The notes under the pieces are model-generated. The model saw only the letters and a program-made list of their open reading frames with translations. It ran no database searches and was not told the origin of the DNA. From Schizochytrium sp. TIO01 (Eukaryota; Protista; Bigyra: Labyrinthulomycetes), in the NCBI GenBank assembly GCA_004764695.1, contig SMSO01000032.1:5488483-5552482 (forward strand): DNA of 64,000 nucleotides, given 5' to 3'. Made by a program: the position numbers and the translations under genes. Each line of letters starts with the position of its first letter. The first letter of the stretch is position 1. This document shows positions 24,185 to 35,126 of this stretch, one piece after another.

Positions 24185-25804
24185 GACTTTGACCTTTTCT
24201 GCGCGTCCTCGCCAGTGCCTTGATGCAAAAAACAACGCAACAGGTAAACCCCGTCCCTATGTCCAGAGGCGCTCCAAGACCGAGAGCAGCGCTGATGACT
24301 AGTTTCGTGTTTGCCGCTACTGTTTTTCACCTGCACTCGCAGCGTCCTCCTTTTCACTGAGGTCACTTCAGGCCCAGCGGAGACGCGTGTGAGTGCGCTA
24401 GAGTGTACGTGGCTGCCTGTCGGCCTGCCTGCCTGCCTGCCTGTGTGCGTGCGTGAGTACCTAGCTAGGTGGGCAGGTAAGTTAACTCGAGTGAGCCCGA
24501 GGCAGGCCCAAGAGCGAAAGAGTATTGCCTTGGCCAGTAACAAACTTTCACCCCGCCGCTCTCTCTAAACCTCCCGACCTGCTTCTGCTGCTGCTTCTCT
24601 TGTGGCAACTGCTGGACAGCTTGTGGTCTCCCTAAAGCAAGTTTTCGGAAAGAGCTCGTTAAAGTCTGGCAGGCAAGGCGAAGATGTGCTGTGTTGTGCT
24701 CCTGGTCCCACCATCAATCGGCCAGCCAGCCAGACAGCTTAGCTCGAGGCTGCTTGGAGTCTTCTCGCCGTGCCGTCCTTGGGAGGAGTGCCACCAGGGA
24801 TTGTCGAGGCATACATGGCTGGTGGCAGGCCAGCCAGCTAGAGCTTTCGCGTGGCGGCGTGGGCTGTCAGACAGCCATCCTGAGGGATAGCTCGCGTTTA
24901 GAGTGGCCAGAGCAGGCTACTAATAGTGCCTTAAATTGGAAGGCGGCCGCGAGCAGCAAAGGACCTTCAGTCACAAGCGACCCTGTCGAAGTGACGTCAT
25001 CATGATCTACAATTGAAGCCAACCCCACTCCAGCCCGCTCAAGCTCTGCCGTGCGCCTGCTGTGAGAGGATATACTTGGGCGTTTTTTTTTTTAACTCGA
25101 GTGGGATAACCTTCTTCTTCCGTCGCGGCTGTGTGCTTCGTACTCGCAGCAAAGCTGCACGGGGCCGTCCCTGAGGGCGAACGTCCTCTCGCCGAGAGCG
25201 GCTCAATAACTAAGTTTCTATTCTAATCATTTTGTTTGTTTCTTTCTTTCTTTCTCTTCAATTTGCCAAAATGACTTAGGAGCGCTATAGTTTACCTTAT
25301 TTGGACTGGGTACCTATGATTTTTTAATTTTGTTATTTCTTAGTATTAAAAAAAGAAAAAAGAAGAAGGTTACATTACATTTTTTCTACCGACACCACAA
25401 TACCACAATATGGTAACTTTTGATTTTAAAAGAGCAATAGGAAACGACAAAGACCAACTTATCTTGTTTGCTTAGAGAAAAGAAATACTGTTCAGCAACT
25501 TCAGTTTTTTATAATGCAAGGCATCGAAAATGCCGCCGAGTTATTACAACCTGACGTAAAGACCTCCAAACCCCCAGAAACACGAACACTAAGCTCTTCG
25601 CCAGCCCCTTTCGAGCAGGTCTCCCTCTGTCGCGTTCGCTTTCCGCGTTCGCTTTCTGGCCGCTGGTCCTGAGGTCTCCGGTAGCTAGCTAGCTAGCTAG
25701 AAAAATTGTGTTTAATGTTTTCATGGAACGAAGCTAAGTAGCAAGCAAAACATCAGTTAGCAGAAGTTCGAAGTTCGTCATTAAACACATATCAAAGAAG
25801 AAAA

Positions 25805-26295
25805 ATGCAGAGGCTCACTAAGACGCTCAACGTTCTGAGTTTCGACTGTGGTATTAGGAACCTGAGTTTCTGGTTATTGTGCCAAAGCGAAGAAGGAGAT
25901 AGATAATATGATTAAATTATTCTGGCCCGGCAAAATATAAATTTAGAAGCGGCAAAAGGAGCATAGCTGCAGATCGACGTGTCCGCAAAATATAAATTCA
26001 AAAGCGGCAAAATGAGCATAGCTGCGGAGCGACGTGTCCAGGATTTAGATGCGAGACCCTGGACGAGATTTGTGGACCCCGTATCGATCGAGAACCAGCT
26101 GCTGGAAAACGCACCGATAAATCCAACAAAATGCAAGTGTTGTGCAAGTTCCTAATTCTAAACAAAATCTTCAATTTATCTCTTTGCTTTATAAAGAAGG
26201 TTATGAAGGCTAGTAGTCATGCTATTCAAACCTATTTTCTGGTCCGCACCTGTGATCGAGTCATGGATGCTCCTCGGCAGAATGAAAATGCAGAA
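25805..26295 (+). pseudogene. RuvC-like Holliday junction resolvase relic (poxvirus A22/NCLDV or Ydc2/Cce1 type)
   Basis: Colinear motifs VLSFDCGIRNLSF, IILARQNINL, DLDARPWTRFVDPVSIENQ and MKASSHAIQTYFLVR. Disrupted by stops (25904, 25913), a 55-bp duplication and a frameshift. Confidence 0.75.
25930..26039. repeat. 55-bp imperfect tandem duplication inside the resolvase relic
   Basis: GCAAAATATAAATT...GCATAGCTGC...CGACGTGTCC at 25930-25984 and again at 25985-26039. Confidence 0.9.
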
Positions 26296-26342
26296 TGAAA
26301 ATACAGAATGAAAATGCAGAATGAAAATGCAGAATGAAAATG
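26278..26342. repeat. 13-bp minisatellite (CAGAATGAAAATG) x5
   Basis: Directly visible tandem copies with one variant unit. Confidence 0.9.
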
Positions 26343-26374
26343 AAGGTGAGACAAGCGTGGTGATTCCTGAAGAA

Positions 26375-27050
26375 CTAGGCGCACCAAAATAGTTTACAGC
26401 AGAAGAATACACAAACCTTATATTTCCAGCAGATTCCGGGGAGCTGAAAATGTATGCACCCGTCCTCGGCTATTTGTAAATCGATCTGATATTGAAGGGT
26501 CCCCCCCCCCACCTTATTCACCAACAGAAAGACATCCTTGTTCGAACTTGTATCAGTGGTGGCCTCAAAATGCCAAAGCTCTCCGTCTTTAGGTGTTGTT
26601 AGGCTCCCTGACATGGTGGTGTATTTTGAGCCGTCTTAAGCAAAATACATGTTTCTCCCCAATTTGCGTAAGTAAGATCTCTTAGTCTGTAATGAGCGGT
26701 AGTACAGAAGGAGATCGAGCTGTTTGGCTGTTGAATGCAATCAGGTGAAGGCGCGGCTGTGGACTTCGGAGTCGCTGTAGTTAAAGTACTGGATGTTACA
26801 GTGGATTGGGTGTTTCTTGATTGGGTGGTGGGCAAAGTAGATGATGAAGAGACAGAAGGCGTGGAGGTGGAGTCACCTGAATCAACAGAGGAAATGGTTA
26901 CTGTTGCTGTTGATGAGTCGCTAACATTACCACCTATACTACTTCCATTTGACTCATTTGATTGCTTCAATGAAAGACCTCCATATATCGTAGAGAGCAC
27001 GGAGAAGCAAACAAAGTATACCAGCAGAAGACAAAACCTTACCTCCCCAT
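26375..27050 (-). pseudogene. Frame-disrupted secreted Ser/Thr-rich protein with a Cys-containing, possibly lectin-like, C-terminal domain
   Basis: Signal-like VRFCLLLVYFVCFSVLSTIYGG is one base out of frame with the ATG at 27050. It is followed by a mucin-like S/T stalk and a second frameshift near 26605 into ...GELWHFEAT...VFLLVNK. Could also be assembly indel errors. Confidence 0.5.
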
Positions 27051-27273
27051 GTTCTTAAACTGTGTTGATTTTTATTTCACCTTTTAATTAAATGCTAAAA
27101 TAGTTTGAAGGGAAGAGAAGAAAAACGAGGTGTGCTTATTATAATCGAAATCTCAGCTTGCAAAGTTAAAACAAGAACACAATACAAGCTAGATAACAAA
27201 ATGCAAAAGGACTAATCAAGAGATACAAAATAAGAAGAATGTTACTAAAAGCAAAGTGCCGTGCAAGACGTTA

Positions 27274-28785
27274 TTAAGGAGGTGTTGGTGTCGGCCGGTG
27301 CTCAATATTGCAAAATTCCAAGAGACTAGCCATACTTGAGACTGACTCTTGATTTCCAGACTGAAGGTGTTTAACAGTGAGATTAAATGGCCCTGCTTTT
27401 GCCTCCTCAGCGCCAACGAACCCAACGAAATCAGCCTTTGCACGTTCCGCTGCGCGAAACGCCTTACGCATGGCCGACCGCGTGCCAGTGGGAGAGTCAA
27501 GGCCGTCAAGCCAGGTCTGTACAACCATACCTGGTGTTGCCCTACGCAGCTGAGAAGCAATTTCGCGAACTCGGCGGTTGACAAGTTCAGGATGATCACT
27601 TTCAGACATAGCAATCGGCGCGAGAAACAACATTGGGGTGGTGTTCGCACCACCTGCCGGAATGCCAAGACGAGCTCGCTCTAACACCAGACGCTCTACG
27701 CCTGCAGCCCAGCCAATGCCTGGGACATTGTCTTTGAAGCCGAGAGTTGTCGAGAGGCCGTCGTAACGGCCACCTGCGAGGATTGCGGAAGGTCTCTGTG
27801 CCGCATGCGAAGGCACTACGAATTCAAAAATAGTGTGCGTGTAGTAATCCAGGCCACGGACAAGCAAGGGATCTACCTCGTAGTCAATGCCGATAATCTC
27901 GAGGCTCTCCTTGACCTGGTCAAACCGCTGGCGAGCACTGTCTGTAAGGCTATCCTGCAAATGTGGGGCAGAGTTCACAGCCTCCATATCAGCCTCGTCT
28001 TTAGAGTCAAGAACACGAAGGTACCGGCCCTGTTCAACTCGACGTTCGCTGTCCTCTGAAAGAGATCCCCGAAACTTTTCGAGGTGTGCCGATAGTTTGG
28101 CGTGGTAGAGCTCACGACTCTCCGGGTCGCCGAGGGAGTTGATCAGCAGTCTCGTTTCGAGGCCTGATGCTTGGCCCCAAAGGCCTAGGCGTTCAAGAAA
28201 GAGACTCGCAAACTCGATGACATCCACGTCAGCACTCGGCCCCTGCGATCCCAGGAGCTCTACACCAAGTTGCGTGAATTGGCGCTGGCGACCATGTTGA
28301 GGTCTTTCGTATCGGAACATTGGTCCATAGTAAAATAATCTCTGTACAGTCTCAGCATCTTTACGAGAAAGCGCTGCTCTGCATACGCCTGCGGTTCCTT
28401 CAGGCCTGAGCGTGAGCGAGTTATCTGAGCGATCCGCAAATGTGTACATTTCCTTGCTTACGACGTCTGAGCCGTCGCCAAGAGATCTGGCAAAGAGGTC
28501 TGTGAACTCAAAGATGGGCGTACGGATTTCCTCGAAACCGCAAATTGAAGCCACAGAGCGACCTTCACGCTCAACAAGAGCGTGATCGAGACATTCGGGG
28601 CCAACAACGTCCATAGTGCCTCGAGGCCTTGCAAGGCGTTGCCGCTTCCCACCCTGAGAGACTGCCATTGTCCGCGTCCACTGCTGCCCCAAGGCACCAT
28701 TTATGCGCATTTCACTTGCGTTCAAGGCGGTAGCACCCGCTCGAGATCTACAAGAGCACAGCGGCACGCGTGAGAATGAAAGCAT
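27274..28785 (-). CDS. hisS: Histidyl-tRNA synthetase, bacterial/organellar type, probably mitochondrial
   Basis: Motifs PRGTMD, KEMYTF, LRPEGTA, GPMFRYERPQHGRQRQFTQ, LVRGLDYYTHTIFEF and GGRYDGL. R/S-rich N-terminal presequence-like extension. Confidence 0.96.
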   Translation of the reverse strand: MLSFSRVPLCSCRSRAGATALNASEMRINGALGQQWTRTMAVSQGGKRQRLARPRGTMDVVGPECLDHALVEREGRSVASICGFEEIRTPIFEFTDLFARSLGDGSDVVSKEMYTFADRSDNSLTLRPEGTAGVCRAALSRKDAETVQRLFYYGPMFRYERPQHGRQRQFTQLGVELLGSQGPSADVDVIEFASLFLERLGLWGQASGLETRLLINSLGDPESRELYHAKLSAHLEKFRGSLSEDSERRVEQGRYLRVLDSKDEADMEAVNSAPHLQDSLTDSARQRFDQVKESLEIIGIDYEVDPLLVRGLDYYTHTIFEFVVPSHAAQRPSAILAGGRYDGLSTTLGFKDNVPGIGWAAGVERLVLERARLGIPAGGANTTPMLFLAPIAMSESDHPELVNRRVREIASQLRRATPGMVVQTWLDGLDSPTGTRSAMRKAFRAAERAKADFVGFVGAEEAKAGPFNLTVKHLQSGNQESVSSMASLLEFCNIEHRPTPTPP

Positions 28786-29538
28786 TTTAATGAGCCCAGA
28801 TCTAGAACCTCAGTAGGTGCGTCCTGGGCGCCTGTTTCGAGGCTTTCTTGTTTCGCAAACGAGACTGCCATAAGTTGCAATTCAAGTGCAGCAAAAGCCA
28901 ATAAGAGTTATCTAATACTTGCTAAGAGTTCCAGTGGTGGTCAGTTCGTACCAGCTATCGCTCAAGAGGAGATCTGTTGCGAGAATTAAATTTGTATGGG
29001 TCTTTCCTCTCATGAGGAAGGCAAACATGACTGCCGAAGACATTACGCCAAACATAAGTAACTACGGTAACGTTTTAAAAAGGGTGATTAATTTACAAAT
29101 TGATTATCGAGTGCAGACATTTGATGATAATAGAACAGAAATAGCAAGATTGAAAGAGTTATGGTCAGATACGTAATGGCCAATTCTTGAGTGTTTCAGT
29201 TTTTGAACTCTAGTGTACGACACATTCGTTCCCCTTTTCTCTTTTTTTTTAATTTTTACAAAAAACCAAGTTGCCCACCTGAAAGCTAAATCTTCACATC
29301 ACATATGCTTCCACCAAAAAACAACTTTACAGAAAAGTTATAAACCTCTGAATGTAAACATGAAAAGAGGAAATAAGATGGCAACTTAAAACAAGAAGAA
29401 AAAAAGGGGTTCTGTACTTAACTGGATTACAGGTATTGAATAGTTTCTTCTTTCCTTGAAGAAAAAAATCAGAGCTGTCGAAGTATGAAATCTGTCCTGT
29501 TTGATGAATCAGAGCAGAATTATCATATGTATTACAGT

Positions 29539-30116
29539 TTACTCGGTCTTAACCTGGTCAAGAAGCTGGTTGTAGCGTCTCTGGAGGCTGCGGAATCGGT
29601 GCAAGAGTACCCAGAGCACCCATGCGGATCCGGTAATCCAGACATTGCGCTCGGCTATGGATAAACGGAAAGCAGTATTGTAATAGACGTCAACAATCGC
29701 GTTAAAAAGCAAAATGAAGTTAGTTGGCTACGTTGCAATAACCAGAATCGGATGGGCTGTGGTTCTTCTCTCTCTCTCTCGTTCCTTTTTTAAGATTTTT
29801 GTTTTTTGTTCTGACAACGTTAGTTTTAGTTAGAGGAAAACGTACCTGCGAGAAGTTTTACGCGGGGCTCAAGAGCATCACCGGCCACACCACGAACCAT
29901 GACGTAATGTTCACGAGCCTTGTGCATGCTCATGACCGCGAAGAGGAAGGCACCAACAGAAATGAGAAGGTAAAGCCAGAAAACAGACAAGTTAAGGTAA
30001 GGGTGGGGCCTGAGGAAGAGCATCTTATCGCAAACTGTCACAAGCACGTTTTGCACCTTGCGAGGCAAGGGCATCAACAAGAGCAGCAATAGGGCTCCAG
30101 GGACCACCATGGTCAT
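29539..30116 (-). CDS. BAP29/BAP31-family ER membrane protein; exons ~30116-29846 and 29654-29539
   Basis: Three hydrophobic segments. LLLLLMPLP and spliced KLLA-AERNVWITGSAWVLWVLLHRF match the family pattern. Donor GTACG at 29845, acceptor TAG at 29655. The 5' end is uncertain (ATG at 30133 is one base out of frame). Confidence 0.75.
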
Positions 30117-31494
30117 TACGAAAAACTGTACATCGCTTCCAACGCCCTTAGCACACTCGTGAAGAGATCAAGATCTTTGTTAGTGTCATTCTGATTTTGA
30201 CATGTGATTTGCTCATTCTTTCCTCCTTTCCACGCTGGCCTGGTCGGACGAGCGGTTCTTCGTCACTTCAACTGGGTGTAAAAACCTCATTCCAAGTAAT
30301 TGCCAAGCACAAGGGATTCTCCGAGTAGATAGACAGAAGGATCAAACCTCTAGAAGGGGCGACTTCGCAGATCATCCTTGTCGCTTTCCGCCCGCCCAAT
30401 CGACAATGATATCTTCGTCCCACCGTGAGAGCTTCATCATCCATCCAATCCCACTCCAGCCTTGATCGCGCTGTCGCTGCGTGGCACGTACGTTGATAAG
30501 AGACATGATTGCGTCAGATGTTTGCGGGTCAATGGCCAGCCAGTCACACGCAAGCAGTATCGTTCGAGGGTTGCTGAAGAATTTCGCAAGCGAGTTAACT
30601 CGAGTCGAGTTCGAGGTCTGCAGCTCTATCCAGGTTCAAGAGAAAAGCTCACTAAGATCATTGTAAACACTCCAAGCGTACGCTTCTAGACACTTGCTAA
30701 TGACTGCTACCACAGTACAAGAGAAACAGTGTGAGAAGCCGGAGCTCGATATGGAATAGTTCTGCTCTCACCAATTGACAGAGGCTATTCCTCCAAGATC
30801 TTCGCAATGTTGGATTCAACAAAGCACACGCTTTCCAAATCGTGGACCTCCATGGTGCCTGCTTCGAATTGAGTTCCTGCTCGAGTCAAGCGAAGCAGCG
30901 AGAGAAATAGCCTTCATGCTTCATGAGAGTGAAGCCCAGCGGAGAAGAAGAACTAAAGTGCCCTTAAGCGCCTCATAACATAAGAGCCATTTTTTATTAC
31001 TGTTTTTTTAATTTTTAATTTTTTTAAAGATTAAAAAGAGAGTATGAAGACGAAGAGAGCGATGTTTTGGTTATTTGTTGGTTTGATATCTCTATTTGTC
31101 TGCGCAGGCTGCGTTTTGACTGCTTCCGGTGCTGGAATTGCCTGCTCAGTGCTCGGGAGCAAAGGCAAGGCAAGCGCCTCTCCCGACGAGACTTCAGAAC
31201 GCATGGCGCCTTTGGTTGTCCTTGACGCGGGAAAGCAATAGCAGACGTAGAACAAAAGAAGAACAACCAACTCTGACGATACCTCTTACTTACTACCTAG
31301 AACTTCGTTTCTTCGCTTGCTTGCTTGCTTGCTTGCTTGCTTGCAGAGCATCTCAAACCCCGTCACACAAAACGTGAAGACATTGGCGTTGGCCTCGCTC
31401 TGGAAAGACACCGCAACACGGATTTTTATCTGCGCCACAGAACGAGAAAGTTCTGAAGGTCTGGGCGATATTGAGTGTGAGACCGGGCTTCAAG

Positions 31495-32494
31495 ATGCAG
31501 GAGGATAAAGTTTGCGCAAGGAAGCCTCGAGTGCTCGTGGGAGCCTGCGGATCTGTAGCAGTGGTAAAGGTTCCAGAGATTGCTACACGGCTGAGCAGTG
31601 AATTTAATGCCGATGTAAGTGCTGCATCTTTTCCTGACCTATTGACGTGCCGATAGACTGATTTATGCTTGGCGATGGAGAGCTTGCAAAGATTTAGGTT
31701 AAAATTGTATGGACTGGGAATGCATGCCGGTTTAATGAGGCAGCGCAGAACTACAATGCTAAAACGACGGACAGCTTAAAAGAACTTGTTGAAAATGGCA
31801 CGATTGACTCCTTGCAAGATGAAGATGAGTGGCACTATCAACATGTAGGAAAAGACCCGGTGGTACACATTGAAGTAAGTTTGGTCTCCTTGGGTGTAGT
31901 TCTTTCGGTTAGCTGCTGGGTTGAATCGAGAGTATTTCGAACTAAGAGCAGATCGAAATAGGCTCGCGAAAAGTCCTAGTTCATAAGCGGTTGTCTGACA
32001 GAAATATAAGCGGTTTGTTTTTATTTATTCAGTTGCGGAAATGGGCAGATGTGTTCCTTATTGCTCCGCTGTCAGCAAACACGTTAGCTAAAATCTCACA
32101 CGGTCTTTGCGACAACCTTCTCACCAGTGTAGCTCGCGCCTGGGACTATAACAAGCCCATGCTTATCGCGCCAGCTATGAACACATTTATGTGGGATAAC
32201 CCTTTGACTGGAGAGCAGTTGAAAAAAATGGAATCTCTCGGCGCTATGGTTATCAGTCCAGTCATCAAAACACTGGCATGCGGAGATACAGGTAAGCTAA
32301 AATTACTTTTGAAAAATTGGTACCAAAATACAAATCACAGAGCAACTAACAGATCATCATATGGCTTCGTAGGTTCCGGTGCTCTTGCTCCTGTAGATGA
32401 GGTCCTTCGGATTGTGGTGGCCAAATTTCCCTCACAGCTACCCACATCGTTGGATCTTGCAACTGACCAAGTCTCCGCAGACGCGCCTAGGTAA
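31495..32494 (+). CDS. PPCDC: Phosphopantothenoylcysteine decarboxylase (HFCD flavoprotein); exons 31495-31614, 31698-31874, 32033-32291, 32373-32494
   Basis: Motifs VLVGACGSVAVVK, DEDEW, DPVVHIELRKWAD, APLSANTLAK, PAMNTFMW and LACGDTGSG. Three GT-AG introns join in frame. Confidence 0.93.
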
Positions 32495-32842
32495 CTTTTT
32501 AAAGTAGCCCTTTTTTTAAACAAACCGCACTGCCATTGCCTGAACATCGTATCTCGTGTACGTCCACGATACCCAATTTCCCCCCTATAAATGAAACGGA
32601 AACATTTTCTCTTTCGTTCTGTCTTCCCAACGTTCCTCTTTCTCTATCTTCTAAACTACCGAACTACGCAAGTGAGACTATTTTCGCCTTTGACTCGTCT
32701 TCTCCCATCATTCTCGACCACGTCACTCCTGAACTGTCTTAGTCATAAAGACTTCATCATCATCATCATCATCCACGTGGTTCATGCACACCTAATACCC
32801 TGCCTACGCCCCCTATTGCTCTACTCTAATGCCTATTATTGG

Positions 32843-33027
32843 TACTTTACTTTACTTTACTTTACTTTACTTTACTTTACTTTACTTTACTTTACTTTAC
32901 TTTACTTTAATTTACTTTACTTTACTTTACTTTACTTTACTTTACTTTACTTTACTTTACTTTACTTTACTTTACTTTACTTTACTTTACTTTAATTTAC
33001 TTTACTTTACCTTACTTTACTTTACTT
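32843..33027. repeat. (TACTT)n pentanucleotide microsatellite, about 37 units
   Basis: Directly visible. It generates the spurious LLYFT ORFs. Confidence 0.97.
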
Positions 33028-33686
33028 ATCCATGCTGCAAGTAGAGTATACTAAAAACGAGCCTCTCGCTACTCTACAGATGGTAAGTAGCCCTTCTATT
33101 GCCTATAGCACTTCCTACTGCTCAATGAATCTCTTCATAGCCGTGGCAGTAAGTTACAGTACGTAGAGAAGGGCGTGTATGCACATACAGTGGGCTATTG
33201 ATTGCGAAAGTGAGTTATAGCGTCCGCACAAGTAGAGAATAGGAGAGAAGGGAAAGGAAGGAAGAAGATTGTATATCTGGCAGTGTATACAATAGTGTTG
33301 ACATTGTCCCTCCGTTGCCGAGCAAGCAGAAGAGCGCCAAGTCAGACTGGCAACAGCGCAGGCTTCGACGCCACGCCCGCGACCCCGTGCTCCTTCTCGT
33401 TCGCGTTTCATCGCGGAGGAACCAGAAGGACCGCCCCAAGCTTCCATCCTCTCCGAAAACCAGAGCGGCCTTACCTGTGGCACACCGGAGTCCGCGCAGG
33501 CGTTGGATCCGCTGTACGAGTTCGAAGAGGGCGGCAAGAACAAGGCGCCCCACTCGATAGTTGGCGGAGAAGGGAGAGCACACACATAGTCAGAGCGATC
33601 TGACGTGAAGTGAGCTAACCTGTTGAGCGTAGTACAGCTAAGGTTATATCGCGGAGTACTTTGACGGTTAATCTGCGAGATCCAAA

Positions 33687-35126
33687 ATGGCAACGCCTCT
33701 TCTGGATATCGATACCCAGCATGTGGAGATGATTCACGATGCGCAGCTCGACTACTACGCAAAGCGTCTGGCTACGTGCTCTTCGGACACAACCGTGAAA
33801 GTTTATGACATTCAAGGTGACCAGCAATACCAGTTTCTGGCGGATCTCAAGGGCCATGATGGACCTGTCTGGGAGGTCTCCTGGGCCCACCCCAAGTTTG
33901 GTGTCGTGCTAGCCTCTTGCTCGTATGACGGCAAGGTGATCATCCACCGCGAGCAGCCTGCTGGGCAGTGGCAACAGATTTTCGTGTACCAAGAGGTGAA
34001 GGCGTCGATGAACTCTCTGGCGTGGGCGCCGCACGAGTTTGACCTGTGCCTTGCTTGTGTGGCATCCGATGGTACCCTTGTTATCCTCCAGCACAACACC
34101 AATGATAACTGGAGCGCCAACAAGCTCGACACTGTCAGCACTGGCCTCAACGCCGTGTCTTGGGCCCCGTATGGTGCTAGCTCCTCCAAGGAACGTCGCC
34201 TCGTCACCGGAGGCTGCGACAACCTCGTGCGAATTTGGGTGTTCGACGAGAACATGCAAGGCCGTGAGGAACAGGTTCTTCAGGAGAACATCCATACTGA
34301 CTGGGTTCGCGATGTCGCATGGGCCCCGAGCATTGGTCTCCCATGTAACACGATTGCAAGCTGCTCTGAAGATGGCAAGGTCGTAGTCTGGACCCAGAGC
34401 GAAAACGGAGCTCCCTGGACATCCTTTGTTGTGCGTGAGAAATCCGGCACTCCTGCTTGGCGCGTTTCCTGGTCCATGACCGGAAGTGTTCTCGCCATCT
34501 CGTCCGGAGACTCCGAAGTCACTCTTTGGAAAGAGGCTGCAGACGGACACTGGGTACAAATTAGCAACCTTAACGAGGCAGCCGCAGCACCTCCTGCTCC
34601 TCAGGGATACGAGCAACGTCCTGAAGACATGCACCAGACACCCGAGTTGCAGCCCCAGCAGCAACAGCAGCAGCAACATCAGCCCCAGCAGGGATTTACG
34701 GCACCCACTCAGCAGCCATCGCAGCCTATGCAGCAGCAGGCCATGGGCGGCCACATGATGCCTCCTGCGCAGCAGCAGCCTATTCAGCAGCAGCCGATGC
34801 CTATGGGCCAGCCTGACTATGGCCAAAGCCAGCAATATGGTGGCCCTCAAGGCGGTATGTACCAGCAGCAGCAGCAGCAGCCAATGCCGATGCCTCCGCA
34901 GTCATCTCAATCGCAGCCGCCGATGATGGGTCAGAGTGGAGGCTACAGCCAGACGTCAGCGCCCCCGATGAGCAACGCAGGATACGGGCAAATGCCACCG
35001 CCACAGCCTCCTATGGGTGGTGGGTACAACCAAGCACCACCTCCTCAAGGGGGGCAAGGTCAATTTGGAGGTTACAGTCAGGCACCCCCTCAGGGAGGCA
35101 ACATGTACTCTGGATATCGCCAATAA
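33687..35126 (+). CDS. SEC13: Sec13 WD40 protein with long Q/P/G/M/Y-rich C-terminal extension
   Basis: Motifs MIHDAQLDYYAKRLATCSSD, GHDGPVWEVSWAHPKFG, HTDWVRDVAWAPSIGLP and WRVSWSMTGSVLA. Confidence 0.96.
   Translation: MATPLLDIDTQHVEMIHDAQLDYYAKRLATCSSDTTVKVYDIQGDQQYQFLADLKGHDGPVWEVSWAHPKFGVVLASCSYDGKVIIHREQPAGQWQQIFVYQEVKASMNSLAWAPHEFDLCLACVASDGTLVILQHNTNDNWSANKLDTVSTGLNAVSWAPYGASSSKERRLVTGGCDNLVRIWVFDENMQGREEQVLQENIHTDWVRDVAWAPSIGLPCNTIASCSEDGKVVVWTQSENGAPWTSFVVREKSGTPAWRVSWSMTGSVLAISSGDSEVTLWKEAADGHWVQISNLNEAAAAPPAPQGYEQRPEDMHQTPELQPQQQQQQQHQPQQGFTAPTQQPSQPMQQQAMGGHMMPPAQQQPIQQQPMPMGQPDYGQSQQYGGPQGGMYQQQQQQPMPMPPQSSQSQPPMMGQSGGYSQTSAPPMSNAGYGQMPPPQPPMGGGYNQAPPPQGGQGQFGGYSQAPPQGGNMYSGYRQ

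Noticed and set aside
28919-29176. 85-aa ORF ending FDDNRTEIARLKELW, faintly ELMO-like
   Set aside because: Starts at TTG and has no continuation; the similarity is too weak.
32591-33044. ORFs with LLYFT repeats, and a possible CRISPR-like array
   Set aside because: These are translations of a (TACTT)n microsatellite with no spacers. The same applies to the ORFs over the CTCAA, AAAGC and CTT repeats.
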